Source of the DNA: Pseudomonadota bacterium
Lineage (GTDB): Bacteria; UBA10199; 2-02-FULL-44-16; JAAZCA01
Direction of reading: 5' to 3'
Assembly (NCBI GenBank): GCA_043822785.1
Contig: JBDRBN010000063.1
Coordinates: forward strand, 1 to 15,722
Length of the DNA stretch: 15,722 nt
The number at the start of each line of letters is the position of its first letter. Within the stretch, counting starts at the first letter, position 1. The notes below the pieces were generated by a model. It had not been told where the DNA came from. It did no database searches and saw only the letters and a list, made by a program, of their open reading frames with translations. Made by a program: the position numbers and the translations under genes. Below, piece by piece: positions 1 to 10,214 of the stretch.

Positions 1-132
1 ATGTCTAGGTGTCATTGCGAGGAGCGTTTAGCGACGAAGCAATCTCCCGCAAACACAGGTTATAAGGGGATTGCTTCGCTTTGCTCGCAATGACATCCAT
101 GAAAAACAAGCAGTTCTAACGCGACAGCAGTG
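1..132 (-). mobile_element. Partial copy (cut by the window start) of the 188-bp MITE-like element, inverted relative to the copy at 14712-14899
   Basis: 1-132 is the reverse complement of 14712-14843 with 6 mismatches (positions 9, 100, 109, 120, 123, 127; 10-99 identical). It ends in the TIR-like CTAACGCGACAGCAGTG (116-132). Confidence 0.75.
10..95. repeat. REP-like TGTCATTGCGAG...CTCGCAATGACA palindromic element, copy 1
   Basis: TGTCATTGCGAG 10-21 pairs with CTCGCAATGACA 84-95; inner stem CGAAGCAATC / GATTGCTTCG. Confidence 0.9.
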
Positions 133-159
133 GAAATTGGATATTGGAGATTGGATTTT
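133..159. repeat. Degenerate ~7-bp tandem repeat (TTGGA-containing units), same family as 14691-15021
   Basis: GAAATTG GATATTG GAGATTG GATTTT directly abuts the CAGTG end of the MITE-like element. Confidence 0.6.
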
Positions 160-162
160 GAA

Positions 163-720
163 ATGAGAAAGAAGATCGTCGCACAGCGCTATGCAAAGAG
201 CCTTATAGAGCTTGCGCAGGAGTTGGGAAAGACAGACCAGCTCTTTGCTGACATGATTGCGCTTCAGGAAACAGCAAGATGCGTTCCGTATTTTGTCAAA
301 GCACTTTCCGACGAGAGAATATCTATTAAAAACAGGAAAGCTACGATAAAGCGCGTGTGCGAAGAGCTTAAGCTTTGGAAATGTACTAGCGATGCGCTCC
401 TTTTACTCATGGAAAAGAAGAGAATAGATCTTATCCCAGAGATCTCCCGTGATGTTCTTTCAATTATAAGGCTTAAGAAGAAGATTGCCATGGCATGCGT
501 GCAGGTGGCAGATCGTGCCACAGCCGATGATGTAAAGGAGCACGTGGAAGAAATCCTCACAAAGCTCTTGGGGCTTACAGTTGAATGTGAAGTGGGGATT
601 GACCCATCACTTATCGGAGGTTTTGTTGTAGCTGTAGGAGATATGCGGTTTGACTCTAGCATTAAGGGCAAGCTCACTCGAATGAAGGAGGATTTTTTCT
701 CAGAGGCGAAGGGATATTAG
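163..720 (+). CDS. atpH: F1F0 ATP synthase subunit delta (about 185 aa)
   Basis: N-terminal VAQRYAKSL and C-terminal IDPSLIGGFVVAVGD..FDSSIKGKL motifs; lies directly upstream of atpA. Start moved from 130 to ATG 163 because 130-162 is repeat DNA. Confidence 0.9.
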   Translation: MRKKIVAQRYAKSLIELAQELGKTDQLFADMIALQETARCVPYFVKALSDERISIKNRKATIKRVCEELKLWKCTSDALLLLMEKKRIDLIPEISRDVLSIIRLKKKIAMACVQVADRATADDVKEHVEEILTKLLGLTVECEVGIDPSLIGGFVVAVGDMRFDSSIKGKLTRMKEDFFSEAKGY

Positions 721-724
721 AAGA

Positions 725-751
725 GCGAGAAACGCCAGGAACGCGAGAAAG
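725..751 (+). repeat. 9-bp tandem repeat, 3 units (GCNAGNAAC family)
   Basis: GCGAGAAAC GCCAGGAAC GCGAGAAAG; same family at 3142-3168 and 12017-12088. Confidence 0.7.
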
Positions 752-765
752 GCAAAGGCGATAAG

Positions 766-2283
766 ATGGAAATCAAGGTAGATGAGATAAGCCAGATAAT
801 AAAAAAACAAATACGCGACTATGATACAGACGCGCAAGCAAACGAGACAGGACAGATCATCTCGCTAGGCGATGGCATTGCCAATGTGTATGGCCTTGCA
901 GGCGCCATGGCAGGCGAGCTCATCGAGTTCAAGCACGGCATCGAAGGCATAGTTCTTAACCTTGAGGAAGACATGGTAGGCATTGCCATTATGGGCGATG
1001 ACACACGCCTTAGGGAGGGCGATGAGGCAAAGCGCACGGGCCACATCAATAGCGTGCCTGTGGGCGAAGGTATGTTAGGCAGGGTGGTCGATGCTCTGGG
1101 CAGGCCCATAGATGCGCAGGGCGAGATCTCTGCACAGACCATGCGAATGGTTGAAGTCAAAGCTCCAGGTATAGTGGCGCGCAGGCCAGTGAACGAACCC
1201 CTGTTCACAGGCATTAAGGCCATAGATTCCATGACGCCAATAGGCAGGGGACAGCGCGAGCTCATCATCGGCGATCGTCAAACAGGAAAGACTGCGATCG
1301 CTGTTGATGCGATCATAAACCAGAAAGAAAGCGACGTTGTCTGCATCTATGTAGCCATTGGGCAAAAAGCTTCAACTGTTGCCCGAGTTGTGGATAAGCT
1401 TCATGCACATGGTGCAATGGAGTACACAACGGTCGTGATGGCAGGCGCCTCTGAGACTGCATCGCTGCAATATCTTGCACCATACAGCGGCGTTACCATG
1501 GGCGAATATTTTCGCGACAAAGGAAAGCACGCGTTGGTCGTCTATGACGATCTTTCAAAACACGCTGTTGCCTATAGGCAGCTCTCGCTTTTACTCAGGC
1601 GCCCTCCAGGCAGAGAGGCATATCCTGGCGATGTGTTCTATCTTCACTCGCGCCTTTTGGAGCGCGCAGCAAAGATGAACGAGGCACATGGCGGGGGATC
1701 GCTCACCGCTATTCCCATAATAGAGACACAGGCGGGCGATATCTCCGCATACATTCCAACAAACGTCATATCCATAACCGACGGCCAAATATATTTGGAA
1801 TCAGACCTGTTCTATGCTGGCATCAGACCTGCAATAAATGTGGGTCTTTCAGTTTCACGCGTGGGCGGCGCAGCTCAGACAAAAGCCATGAAGCGCGTGA
1901 GCGGAACCCTAAGGCTTGATCTTGCTCAGTATCGCGAGATGGTCTCCTTTGCACAATTCGGAGCAGAGTTGGACGAAGCCACGCGCAGGCAAATAAACAG
2001 AGGCGAGAGACTTGTGGAGATTCTCAAACAGCCGCAGTATCGGCCTATGAAAATATCTGAGCAGGTCATTCAGCTGTATTGCGGCATTGCAGGACATCTC
2101 GATGACATCGATGTGGACCATGTTTCGCACATGATTGCTGGCGTTGTACGCTATGTGAATGAAACTGCTCCAGAGCTCGTTAAGAAAATAGATTCCACAG
2201 GCGACCTAGATGGCATTGCAACGCGGCAGCTTGATCAGCTCATAGTGGAGTTCAAGCGCCAGTATGTAGCAGAAAGCAAATAA
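766..2283 (+). CDS. atpA: F1F0 ATP synthase subunit alpha
   Basis: 505 aa; Walker [54 protein letters not shown]. Confidence 0.99.
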   Translation: MEIKVDEISQIIKKQIRDYDTDAQANETGQIISLGDGIANVYGLAGAMAGELIEFKHGIEGIVLNLEEDMVGIAIMGDDTRLREGDEAKRTGHINSVPVGEGMLGRVVDALGRPIDAQGEISAQTMRMVEVKAPGIVARRPVNEPLFTGIKAIDSMTPIGRGQRELIIGDRQTGKTAIAVDAIINQKESDVVCIYVAIGQKASTVARVVDKLHAHGAMEYTTVVMAGASETASLQYLAPYSGVTMGEYFRDKGKHALVVYDDLSKHAVAYRQLSLLLRRPPGREAYPGDVFYLHSRLLERAAKMNEAHGGGSLTAIPIIETQAGDISAYIPTNVISITDGQIYLESDLFYAGIRPAINVGLSVSRVGGAAQTKAMKRVSGTLRLDLAQYREMVSFAQFGAELDEATRRQINRGERLVEILKQPQYRPMKISEQVIQLYCGIAGHLDDIDVDHVSHMIAGVVRYVNETAPELVKKIDSTGDLDGIATRQLDQLIVEFKRQYVAESK

Positions 2284-3137
2284 TGGCATCGCTTAAAGAC
2301 ATTAGGCACAGAATAGATGCAGCAAAAAATACGCAGAAGGTGACTAAAGCTATGAAGCTCGTTGCTGTTGCAAAGCTTAAGCGCGCTCAGATGATGGCGC
2401 AAGAAGGAAGGATATATTCATCAGCTGTATATGATTCTGTGACCAGGGTATCGCGCAGGTTGGGTGCGCGCGCGCCAGGACTGTGGAGAAGGCCTAGGAC
2501 GCTGGATGTAATAGATCTGATAGTCATCACGTCTGACAGGGGGCTTTGCGGAGGATTTAACGAAAACCTCTTGCGGGTTGCAGAGGATGGAATAGCAGAT
2601 CACATATCCCATAACATAGATGTGAAGATCTATGTCATAGGAAAAAAGGGATACAAACATTTTTTGAAGCATGGCTATGATCCTGAGCTCGTGACCATGG
2701 ATGGCGATCGCGACGCAAAGATAGCTGAAATGGTAGAGATGGTGTGCAACAGGTATTTGAGCGGCAAGAGCTCGGGCTGCAACCTTGGGTTCAATCGTTT
2801 TGTAACCGCAGCTAAGCAAGAAATAACATTTTGGAACCTATTGCCGCTGTATCACATAGGCAGCAAAACAGAACGACATCTCGAGTATCTATATGAGCCA
2901 GGCAGGGAAGAGGCCCTGCACGCCTTAAGTAGAGAGTCGCTCAAAAGCACGCTCAAGCAGGCCATGCTAGAATCCGATGCATCAGAGCTGGCGGCGCGCA
3001 TGAGCGCAATGGATGGGGCCACAAAGAACGCAGACGATATGATCGCACACTTAACGTCGGTATACAACAGGGCACGACAAGAGGCTATCACGTCTGAGCT
3101 CATGGATATCGTAAATGGAGCAGAAGCGTTGAAATAA
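2283..3137 (+). CDS. atpG: F1F0 ATP synthase subunit gamma
   Basis: 284 aa; TQKVTKAMKLVA, TSDRGLCGGFN, RMSAMDGATKNA, YNRARQEAITSEL; TAATG overlap with atpA. Confidence 0.97.
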   Translation: MASLKDIRHRIDAAKNTQKVTKAMKLVAVAKLKRAQMMAQEGRIYSSAVYDSVTRVSRRLGARAPGLWRRPRTLDVIDLIVITSDRGLCGGFNENLLRVAEDGIADHISHNIDVKIYVIGKKGYKHFLKHGYDPELVTMDGDRDAKIAEMVEMVCNRYLSGKSSGCNLGFNRFVTAAKQEITFWNLLPLYHIGSKTERHLEYLYEPGREEALHALSRESLKSTLKQAMLESDASELAARMSAMDGATKNADDMIAHLTSVYNRARQEAITSELMDIVNGAEALK

Positions 3138-3141
3138 CTTC

Positions 3142-3168
3142 GCAAGAAACGCCAGCAGCGCCAGCAAC
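3142..3168 (+). repeat. 9-bp tandem repeat, 3 units (GCNAGNAAC family)
   Basis: GCAAGAAAC GCCAGCAGC GCCAGCAAC in the atpG-atpD spacer. Confidence 0.7.
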
Positions 3169-3180
3169 GTTTTATTTTGA

Positions 3181-4623
<1,443 letters not shown>

Positions 4624-4626
<3 letters not shown>

Positions 4627-4698
4627 TCAGTGACTAGTGTTTTGTGCTGTGTTTTGCTGATAACTGGTCACTGGTCACTGGTCACTGGTCACTGATTA
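4624..4698. repeat. Heptamer (ACTGGTC)x4 tandem repeat with an inverted arm, forming a hairpin across the atpD-atpC spacer
   Basis: ACTGGTC x4 at 4663-4690; TAATCAGTGACTAGTG (4624-4639) pairs with CACTGGTCACTGATTA (4683-4698) with one G-U pair. Confidence 0.85.
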
Positions 4699-4970
4699 TG
4701 CATCTAAAGGTTCTTACATACGACAGGATCGTACTTGAGGCAGAGGTAAAATTCGTCACGCTCCCAGGCGTTGATGGAGAGATCACGGCCATGGATGGGC
4801 ATGATAGATTGATAAAAATTCTTAGAAAGGGGAACATGCACTTCATCAGGTCGCAAGAGCAAGAAGAACCAGAGCGGGAATATTATGAGATAGACGGGGG
4901 CATAGCTGAAATCACACATACTTCAGTCATCTTGTTTGTGCAGGATGCAGTAAAGGTGCTTGAGAATTAA
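4698..4970 (+). CDS. atpC: F1F0 ATP synthase subunit epsilon, short form (about 90 aa, N-terminal beta domain only)
   Basis: LKVLTYDRIV..VTLPGVDGEITAMDGH..IDGGIAEIT..VILFVQDA matches the epsilon N-terminal domain; lies after atpD. Start moved to ATG 4698 because the ORF-track extension is translated heptamer repeat. Confidence 0.85.
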   Translation: MHLKVLTYDRIVLEAEVKFVTLPGVDGEITAMDGHDRLIKILRKGNMHFIRSQEQEEPEREYYEIDGGIAEITHTSVILFVQDAVKVLEN

Positions 4971-4975
4971 ATTAA

Positions 4976-5071
4976 TTGTCATTGCGAGCCCCCCAAAGAT
5001 CGTTGGGGGGGCGTGGCGATCTCCATAACTTCAGGAGATTGCTTCGTCGCAAAAACTCCTCGCAATGACAA
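4976..5071. repeat. REP-like TGTCATTGCGAG palindromic element, copy 2, with an extra GC-rich side hairpin
   Basis: TTGTCATTGCGAG 4976-4988 pairs with CTCGCAATGACAA 5059-5071; side stem GCCCCCCAA..TTGGGGGGGC; inner stem GCGATCTCC / GGAGATTGC. Confidence 0.9.
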
Positions 5072-5084
5072 CAAGGAGGACACA

Positions 5085-5717
5085 TTGAAAGGCGAATTAG
5101 CTGAACTAATAGGTGCTCTCAAGGAAGAGGGGGTTAGGAAGGGTCACGCTGAGGCAGAGCGCATAGAGGCTGATGCCAAAAAGGAAGCAGCCAAGATTAT
5201 AAAAGAAGCGCGCAACGAAGCCGACAGGATAATCGAGAATGCCAAGGCAAAGTCCAAAGCCACGATGGATAACCTGGATCAGCAGATGTCTTTGGCCTTA
5301 AGGGACATGCTTCTTACTGCAAAGTCAGAGCTAGAGGAACTTGTTGCGCTAAGGCCTTTAAGGAAAGCAACGGACGATGCGCTAGCTGATCCAGAATTCA
5401 TAAAGAAACTCATATTTAGCATCATATCCCAATATATTGAGAAGAGAACATCACAAAGGCCCGAGGAGCTTCATATCGTTATTCCAGAGGACATGAAGGA
5501 TAAGTTCATAAAGGAATGGATTGCAATGATGCGCAGCGAGCTTAAAACACAAGCCACCCTACATACAGAAAAAGGCCTGCGCGGTTTTAAGCTCTTTACA
5601 GAAAACGCCGGCGGTGAACTGATAGTCGATACCGACTCCATGCTCGAGGTGATACGGCCATTTGTGTCTGAGAGGTTTCATCGCTTGCTCGACGAGGGAA
5701 CAGTAGATCTGGGGTGA
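5085..5717 (+). CDS. ntpE: V/A-type ATPase subunit E (about 210 aa)
   Basis: Coiled-coil N-terminus (LIGALKEEGVRKGHAEAERIEADAKKEAAKII); first gene of the V-type cluster. TTG start at 5085 follows the strong SD AAGGAGGA (5073-5080); the ORF-track start at 5013 lies in the repeat. Confidence 0.8.
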   Translation: MKGELAELIGALKEEGVRKGHAEAERIEADAKKEAAKIIKEARNEADRIIENAKAKSKATMDNLDQQMSLALRDMLLTAKSELEELVALRPLRKATDDALADPEFIKKLIFSIISQYIEKRTSQRPEELHIVIPEDMKDKFIKEWIAMMRSELKTQATLHTEKGLRGFKLFTENAGGELIVDTDSMLEVIRPFVSERFHRLLDEGTVDLG

Positions 5718-5718
5718 C

Positions 5719-6456
5719 ATGGCTTTTGAGTATCTTTTTACATCTCTTCCTGCCTTACCGCGAGATCCTGGCGGAGCTGTCTCGCTCAGCGCAGCTAAGC
5801 TCGCCTCTTTGTGCAGCGACGAAGGGGGCACGGCTGCCTTACTTACGCGCGCACTTCTTTTTAGCTTTGATATAAAGGCGCTTGAGCAAATTGAATTTGG
5901 AGTGGATCCTTCTGAAACAGCGCTTTTCGATGAAAAGCAACTTCGCCAAAGAGAGAACATGCCACATTGGTTAAAGAGCGCTCTGGATTCTGATGGTAGT
6001 GCATATTCTTATCCGTTTGACAGGGTGTGGGAGGCTTATTTTCGTCGCCTCATGAAGCTCGCCTGCTCGCTGCGATCACAATTTTTAATGGAATGGGTAA
6101 GCTGGGAGGTGGGTTTAAGAAATGCCTTAGCTGCTCACAGGGCGATGAGGCATAAGGCTTTAGGAGAGCCGCTTCAGATCAAAGACATAAGCAAAGAATA
6201 TGCATATGAGTTTAGACCAGTTATCGACACATTGATCTCGTTAGTTGAAAGTGGAGCCGGCCCTGAGCCCTTCGACTTCGCTCAGGGTAAACTCCATCGA
6301 AGGGTTGATTCATATAAAGAGATGGATAGAACTGTAAACATGCTAAAGCTTGCCAAGGCCAGGGATATAGCTCCAGAATACACGTTCAACCTTGATGAGC
6401 TTTTGAGCTATGTGGTGCAGTTTAGTGTAATAAAACAGGGAGGATATTTGTCTTGA
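5719..6456 (+). CDS. V/A-type ATPase subunit C-like protein (DUF2764-like)
   Basis: Sits between E and A. N-terminal YLFTSLPAL, central FLMEWVSWEVGLRNALAAHRA and C-terminal YTFNLDELLSY resemble the DUF2764-type C subunits of Chlamydiae/Bacteroidetes/Spirochaetes operons. Confidence 0.75.
   Translation: MAFEYLFTSLPALPRDPGGAVSLSAAKLASLCSDEGGTAALLTRALLFSFDIKALEQIEFGVDPSETALFDEKQLRQRENMPHWLKSALDSDGSAYSYPFDRVWEAYFRRLMKLACSLRSQFLMEWVSWEVGLRNALAAHRAMRHKALGEPLQIKDISKEYAYEFRPVIDTLISLVESGAGPEPFDFAQGKLHRRVDSYKEMDRTVNMLKLAKARDIAPEYTFNLDELLSYVVQFSVIKQGGYLS
6261..6304. repeat. Palindromic repeat (CCCTTCGACTTCGCTCAGGG type) embedded in frame within a CDS
   Basis: CCCTGAGC 6261-6268 pairs with GCTCAGGG 6280-6287, and CCCTTCGA 6268-6275 pairs with TCGAAGGG 6297-6304; translated as PEPFDFAQGKLHRR. 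Confidence 0.75.
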
Positions 6457-8219
6457 AGGAGCGCACAGTAAAAATCGTTATGGTTGACGACAACCTTGTT
6501 GTTGCTGACCTCCAGGGTGCAGGAGGTGCGGGTATGCCGTGCATGATGAACGAAGAGGCGGTGATAGGCCCCATGAACCTAAGAGGAGAGGTGATTCGCG
6601 TTCGCGGAAGGCATGCAGATCTCCAAGCCTATGAAGATACTACTGGAGTTATGGTCGGACACGACGCAACGCTTAAAGGCAGCCTTCCGAGCATTGATCT
6701 TGGTCCAGGGCTTCTTAACAATACGTTAGACGGGCTTGGCAACATGCTGGAAGGTTACGGTGTTTTTTTGCCCAGGGGCAAGGTTATCTCTCCGCTCGAC
6801 CACACCAAGAAGTGGAAGTTCGAAACTACTGTTAAGGATGGCGATGCAGTGCGTGCAGGCAATATAATCGGCACGGTAGATGAGACGCCTCTAGTTGAAC
6901 ACAGGATCATGGTGCCGCCCCTATATCCTGATGGAAATATAAAGGGCATCTCAAACGGTGAATTTACAGTAGATGATGAGATAGGCGTTCTTGTGGACAA
7001 GGAGGGTAAAGAACATCCGCTAAAACTCATGCAGAAGTGGCCAGTAAGAATTCCCAGGCCTGTTTCAGCAAGGCTCATGCTGAGCGAAGTATTAAACACG
7101 GGCGTGCGAATAATCGATGGTTTAAATCCCGTGATGCTCGGAGGAACAGCCTGCACGCCTGGCGATTTTGGAACTGGAAAGACCATGTGCCAGCACGACC
7201 TAGCCAGGCACAGCCGGGTGAAGATCGTTCTCTATGTTGGATGCGGCGAGCGCGCTGGAGAGATGGTGGAGCTCATAAAAGAGTTCCCGAAACTCATAGA
7301 CCCAGAAACCGGCAGGCCGCTTTCAGAGCGCACCGTTCTTTTAGTAAACACAAGCGCTATGCCAGTTGCTGCGCGCGAGAGCTCCATACTCGTTGGCGCT
7401 ACCGTAGCCGAGTACTTTCGCGATATGGGATATGATGTGCTGCTTCTCACCGACAGCCTCTCGCGTCAGGCCCAGGGCATGCGCGAGATGAGCGGCCGTT
7501 TAGGCGAGATACCAGGGCCTCAAGCTTTCCCGGCATATATCGGCGCATATCTCACTCGCTGGTTTGAACGGGCTGGAAAGGTTTTATGTTTAGGCGAAGC
7601 TGTCGGAGGCAGAAAAGGCAGCATTACGACGGTGGCCGCGCTCTCGCCCGATGGAGGCGACATTGCAGGTGATCCTCCCACACAGGCTGCTATTCAAACT
7701 GCAAAGACTGCACTCATACTTTCAAGGGACAGAGCAGCGGCGCGGCTGTTTCCTGCATTTGATCCCATGGAGTGTCATTCCAAATATCTGGACACATCTC
7801 ACGATGCGCTGGAGCGTTTCTTCAACTCATTAGGGTTTCCCTGTTGGCTCAATTACGTAAGCATCATAAAAAACGCTGTGGTCGAAGGCGAGCGCATCAA
7901 ATCCCAGATGGAGATATTGGGCGAGCGCGGCATCGCAGATGAGGAATATAGAAAATATCTTTTGGGCGAGATCGTGCAAAAGGGTTATCTCAACCAAAAC
8001 ACCTATGAGGAACATGACTCTTCAACTGACCTCAAACGCCATTATGCCATGATGCAATTTTTGGTTCACCTGCTGGACATCTTTCCAAAGGAGAACAAAA
8101 CTTCTATGCGCAGAAGGCAGGAAGATCTCATATTCAACATCACTCAGGTCAATTATTCTTCTGACTATGAGAAGGGTTACCAGGATATCATAGATACGAT
8201 CCAAGGGGGCGTGCGGTGA
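6453..8219 (+). CDS. ntpA: V/A-type ATPase catalytic subunit A
   Basis: 588 aa; QKWPVRIPRP, P-loop GDFGTGKT, YVGCGERAGE, NTSAMPVAARE, AEYFRDMG; TTG start overlaps the upstream stop and has SD GGGAGG at 6438-6443. Confidence 0.96.
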   Translation: MKERTVKIVMVDDNLVVADLQGAGGAGMPCMMNEEAVIGPMNLRGEVIRVRGRHADLQAYEDTTGVMVGHDATLKGSLPSIDLGPGLLNNTLDGLGNMLEGYGVFLPRGKVISPLDHTKKWKFETTVKDGDAVRAGNIIGTVDETPLVEHRIMVPPLYPDGNIKGISNGEFTVDDEIGVLVDKEGKEHPLKLMQKWPVRIPRPVSARLMLSEVLNTGVRIIDGLNPVMLGGTACTPGDFGTGKTMCQHDLARHSRVKIVLYVGCGERAGEMVELIKEFPKLIDPETGRPLSERTVLLVNTSAMPVAARESSILVGATVAEYFRDMGYDVLLLTDSLSRQAQGMREMSGRLGEIPGPQAFPAYIGAYLTRWFERAGKVLCLGEAVGGRKGSITTVAALSPDGGDIAGDPPTQAAIQTAKTALILSRDRAAARLFPAFDPMECHSKYLDTSHDALERFFNSLGFPCWLNYVSIIKNAVVEGERIKSQMEILGERGIADEEYRKYLLGEIVQKGYLNQNTYEEHDSSTDLKRHYAMMQFLVHLLDIFPKENKTSMRRRQEDLIFNITQVNYSSDYEKGYQDIIDTIQGGVR

Positions 8220-9529
8220 AAATAGTTTACTGCGATATTGTAAACATCGACGGTCCGATTCTTCAGGTAAGAGGAGTGTCTGGAGTAGGCATGGGAGAGG
8301 AGGCACTGCTTGAAGGATTTGGCCGGGCAAAAGTGGTAAAGATTCAGGGCGACACGGTGTTCATGCAATCTCTCGAGGGAAGTTTGGGCGTGCTTACGAC
8401 CCAAAGAACCCAGTTCACAGGTCACCCTTTTCAGGTTACGTTTCATCCTGACTACATCATGGGCAGGATCTTCGATGGCATTGGACGGCCGCGCGATGGA
8501 AGGCCCGAGGTGAACGGCCAAAAGATTCCTGTTGAGGGCCCGGTGGTCAATCCCAAACGCCGCGCCATGAGCGCAGGCTATATCGAAACAGGCATTCCCT
8601 CCATTGATGGAGCAAACACCATAGTGCGCGGCCAAAAGATTCCCATATATAAACTGCCTGGCGAGGACATAAACCACATCGTAGCAAGAATAATAAAACA
8701 AGCGCGCGTGGCAGGCCAAGAAAGCTTTAGCGTGGTGTTTGGAGGTTTGGGCCTTCTTAACGAGGAGTACCTCTTTTATAGAGAGGTGCTCGAGGATGCA
8801 GCCGAGCGGACTGTCATGTGCGTAAACTTAGGCAACGAATCAGCAATAGAGAGGCTAAACGTTCCTCACATCTGCTGTGCCTTTGCAGAGCAGCTAGCGC
8901 TAATGGGACAGCACGTGCTCGTGGTTATGACCGACATGCTAAGGTATGCTGATGCGCTAATGGAAGTTTCCAACGCTCAGGGCAAGATTCCCAGCCGCGA
9001 TGGTTATCCAGGCGATCTGTACAGCAAGCTGGCTCGCATATATGAGCGCGCGGTCAACTTTGGCGGAGAGCGTGGATCCGTAACTGTAATAGGCATAAAC
9101 TCGGTTCCTGATAACGACCTCTCGCACATCGTTGCAAACCTCACCGGCTACATCACAGAAGGCCAGCTGCCTGTGGAGCGTGGAAGGTTTGTGATCATGA
9201 AGTGCTTATCTCGCCTCAAGGGCTTGGTAGTAGGAAAGGAGACGCGCGCCGATCACGGCCCGATCATGAACGCGTGTGTTTCAGCCTATGCAAATGCGCT
9301 TAGCATTCGCGAGCAGAAGGAGATGGGTTTTTTGATAACCGATGAGGTGGATCTTGCGTACCTTAAATTTGCAGATGAGTTTGAAAGACGCTTTTTGCCT
9401 GCAGATCAAAACCTAACCCTTGATCAGACCATCGACCTAGCATGGGAGTTGGCGAGCATCCTTCCCAAGAGAGTGCTAAGGATCAAAAAAGAGCTTTTGG
9501 ATAAGCACTATCGCGATAAGGAGACCTGA
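8216..9529 (+). CDS. ntpB: V/A-type ATPase subunit B
   Basis: 437 aa; IETGIPSID, GQKIPI, MTDMLRYADAL, GYPGDLYS..YERA, LTGYITEGQ, LSRL; GTGA overlap with A. Confidence 0.95.
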   Translation: MKIVYCDIVNIDGPILQVRGVSGVGMGEEALLEGFGRAKVVKIQGDTVFMQSLEGSLGVLTTQRTQFTGHPFQVTFHPDYIMGRIFDGIGRPRDGRPEVNGQKIPVEGPVVNPKRRAMSAGYIETGIPSIDGANTIVRGQKIPIYKLPGEDINHIVARIIKQARVAGQESFSVVFGGLGLLNEEYLFYREVLEDAAERTVMCVNLGNESAIERLNVPHICCAFAEQLALMGQHVLVVMTDMLRYADALMEVSNAQGKIPSRDGYPGDLYSKLARIYERAVNFGGERGSVTVIGINSVPDNDLSHIVANLTGYITEGQLPVERGRFVIMKCLSRLKGLVVGKETRADHGPIMNACVSAYANALSIREQKEMGFLITDEVDLAYLKFADEFERRFLPADQNLTLDQTIDLAWELASILPKRVLRIKKELLDKHYRDKET

Positions 9530-10125
9530 TGCGGGTCAATGTCTCAAAGGGCGCACTTAGGTTCTGCAAGATGCGAAGCCAAAAGCTCGCACATGCTGTG
9601 CCAACGTTAGATCTGCGCCGCAAACAGCTTACGCGCGAGACGATCAACTGGGAAGAGAAGATACGCGAGCTCGAAGCGCACAGGGACATTCTGGCTTCAA
9701 AGATGCAAAGGAGCCCTCATCCTGAAGTGGAAAAGATCGTTTTGGTTTCTGAAATCAAAACATTGCCATTGAATATTGCCGGCGTTTTGCTGGAAGAGCT
9801 GGAAGAGGTGCGCTTTGATATAGCGCCTTACAGCTTCTTTGCATCATCTCCATCACTAGACATCTTTGTTTCGCTCAAGAAGGAGCTGCTTAAAGTGGAG
9901 AAGGGTATAGAGGTGATGACTCGCTCGCTCGATGTGCTTTTGGATGAGCTTGCTGTTACCACACAGCGCATTAACTTGTTCGAGAAGAGGCTCATACCCA
10001 GATACGATGAACAGATACGCTATATTCGCGGGAGGCTAGAGGACAACGAGCGCACAAATGTGATGATAGCAAAGATAGCTCAGAAGGAAATATTGCAGCA
10101 GGCGCATACATCAGAGACGGCATAG
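9529..10125 (+). CDS. ntpD: V/A-type ATPase subunit D
   Basis: 198 aa; PTLDLRRKQL, NIAGV, ELAVTTQRINLFEKRLIP; TGATG overlap with B. Confidence 0.93.
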   Translation: MRVNVSKGALRFCKMRSQKLAHAVPTLDLRRKQLTRETINWEEKIRELEAHRDILASKMQRSPHPEVEKIVLVSEIKTLPLNIAGVLLEELEEVRFDIAPYSFFASSPSLDIFVSLKKELLKVEKGIEVMTRSLDVLLDELAVTTQRINLFEKRLIPRYDEQIRYIRGRLEDNERTNVMIAKIAQKEILQQAHTSETA

Positions 10126-10129
10126 GGAG

Positions 10130-10204
10130 TGTCATTGCGAGCGAAGCGAAGCAATCCCCTTCGCTTACGGAGATTGCTTCGTCACTACGTTCCTCGCAAT
10201 GACA
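10130..10204. repeat. REP-like TGTCATTGCGAG palindromic element, copy 3
   Basis: TGTCATTGCGAG 10130-10141 pairs with CTCGCAATGACA 10193-10204; inner stem CGAAGCAATC / GATTGCTTCG. Confidence 0.9.
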
Positions 10205-10214
10205 ATCGATTTAT

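Noticed and set aside
130..162. ORF-track N-terminal extensions of atpH (130), atpC (4644), ntpE (5013), ntpK (12080) and hppA (12561)
   Set aside because: Each extension is translated repeat DNA; the downstream starts fit family N-termini, and three of them have clear SD sequences.
2742..2781. Two nearby cysteines in gamma (VCNRYLSGKSSGC) as a possible chloroplast-type redox switch
   Set aside because: Gamma is of normal length (284 aa) and lacks the chloroplast regulatory insertion; nothing else supports it.
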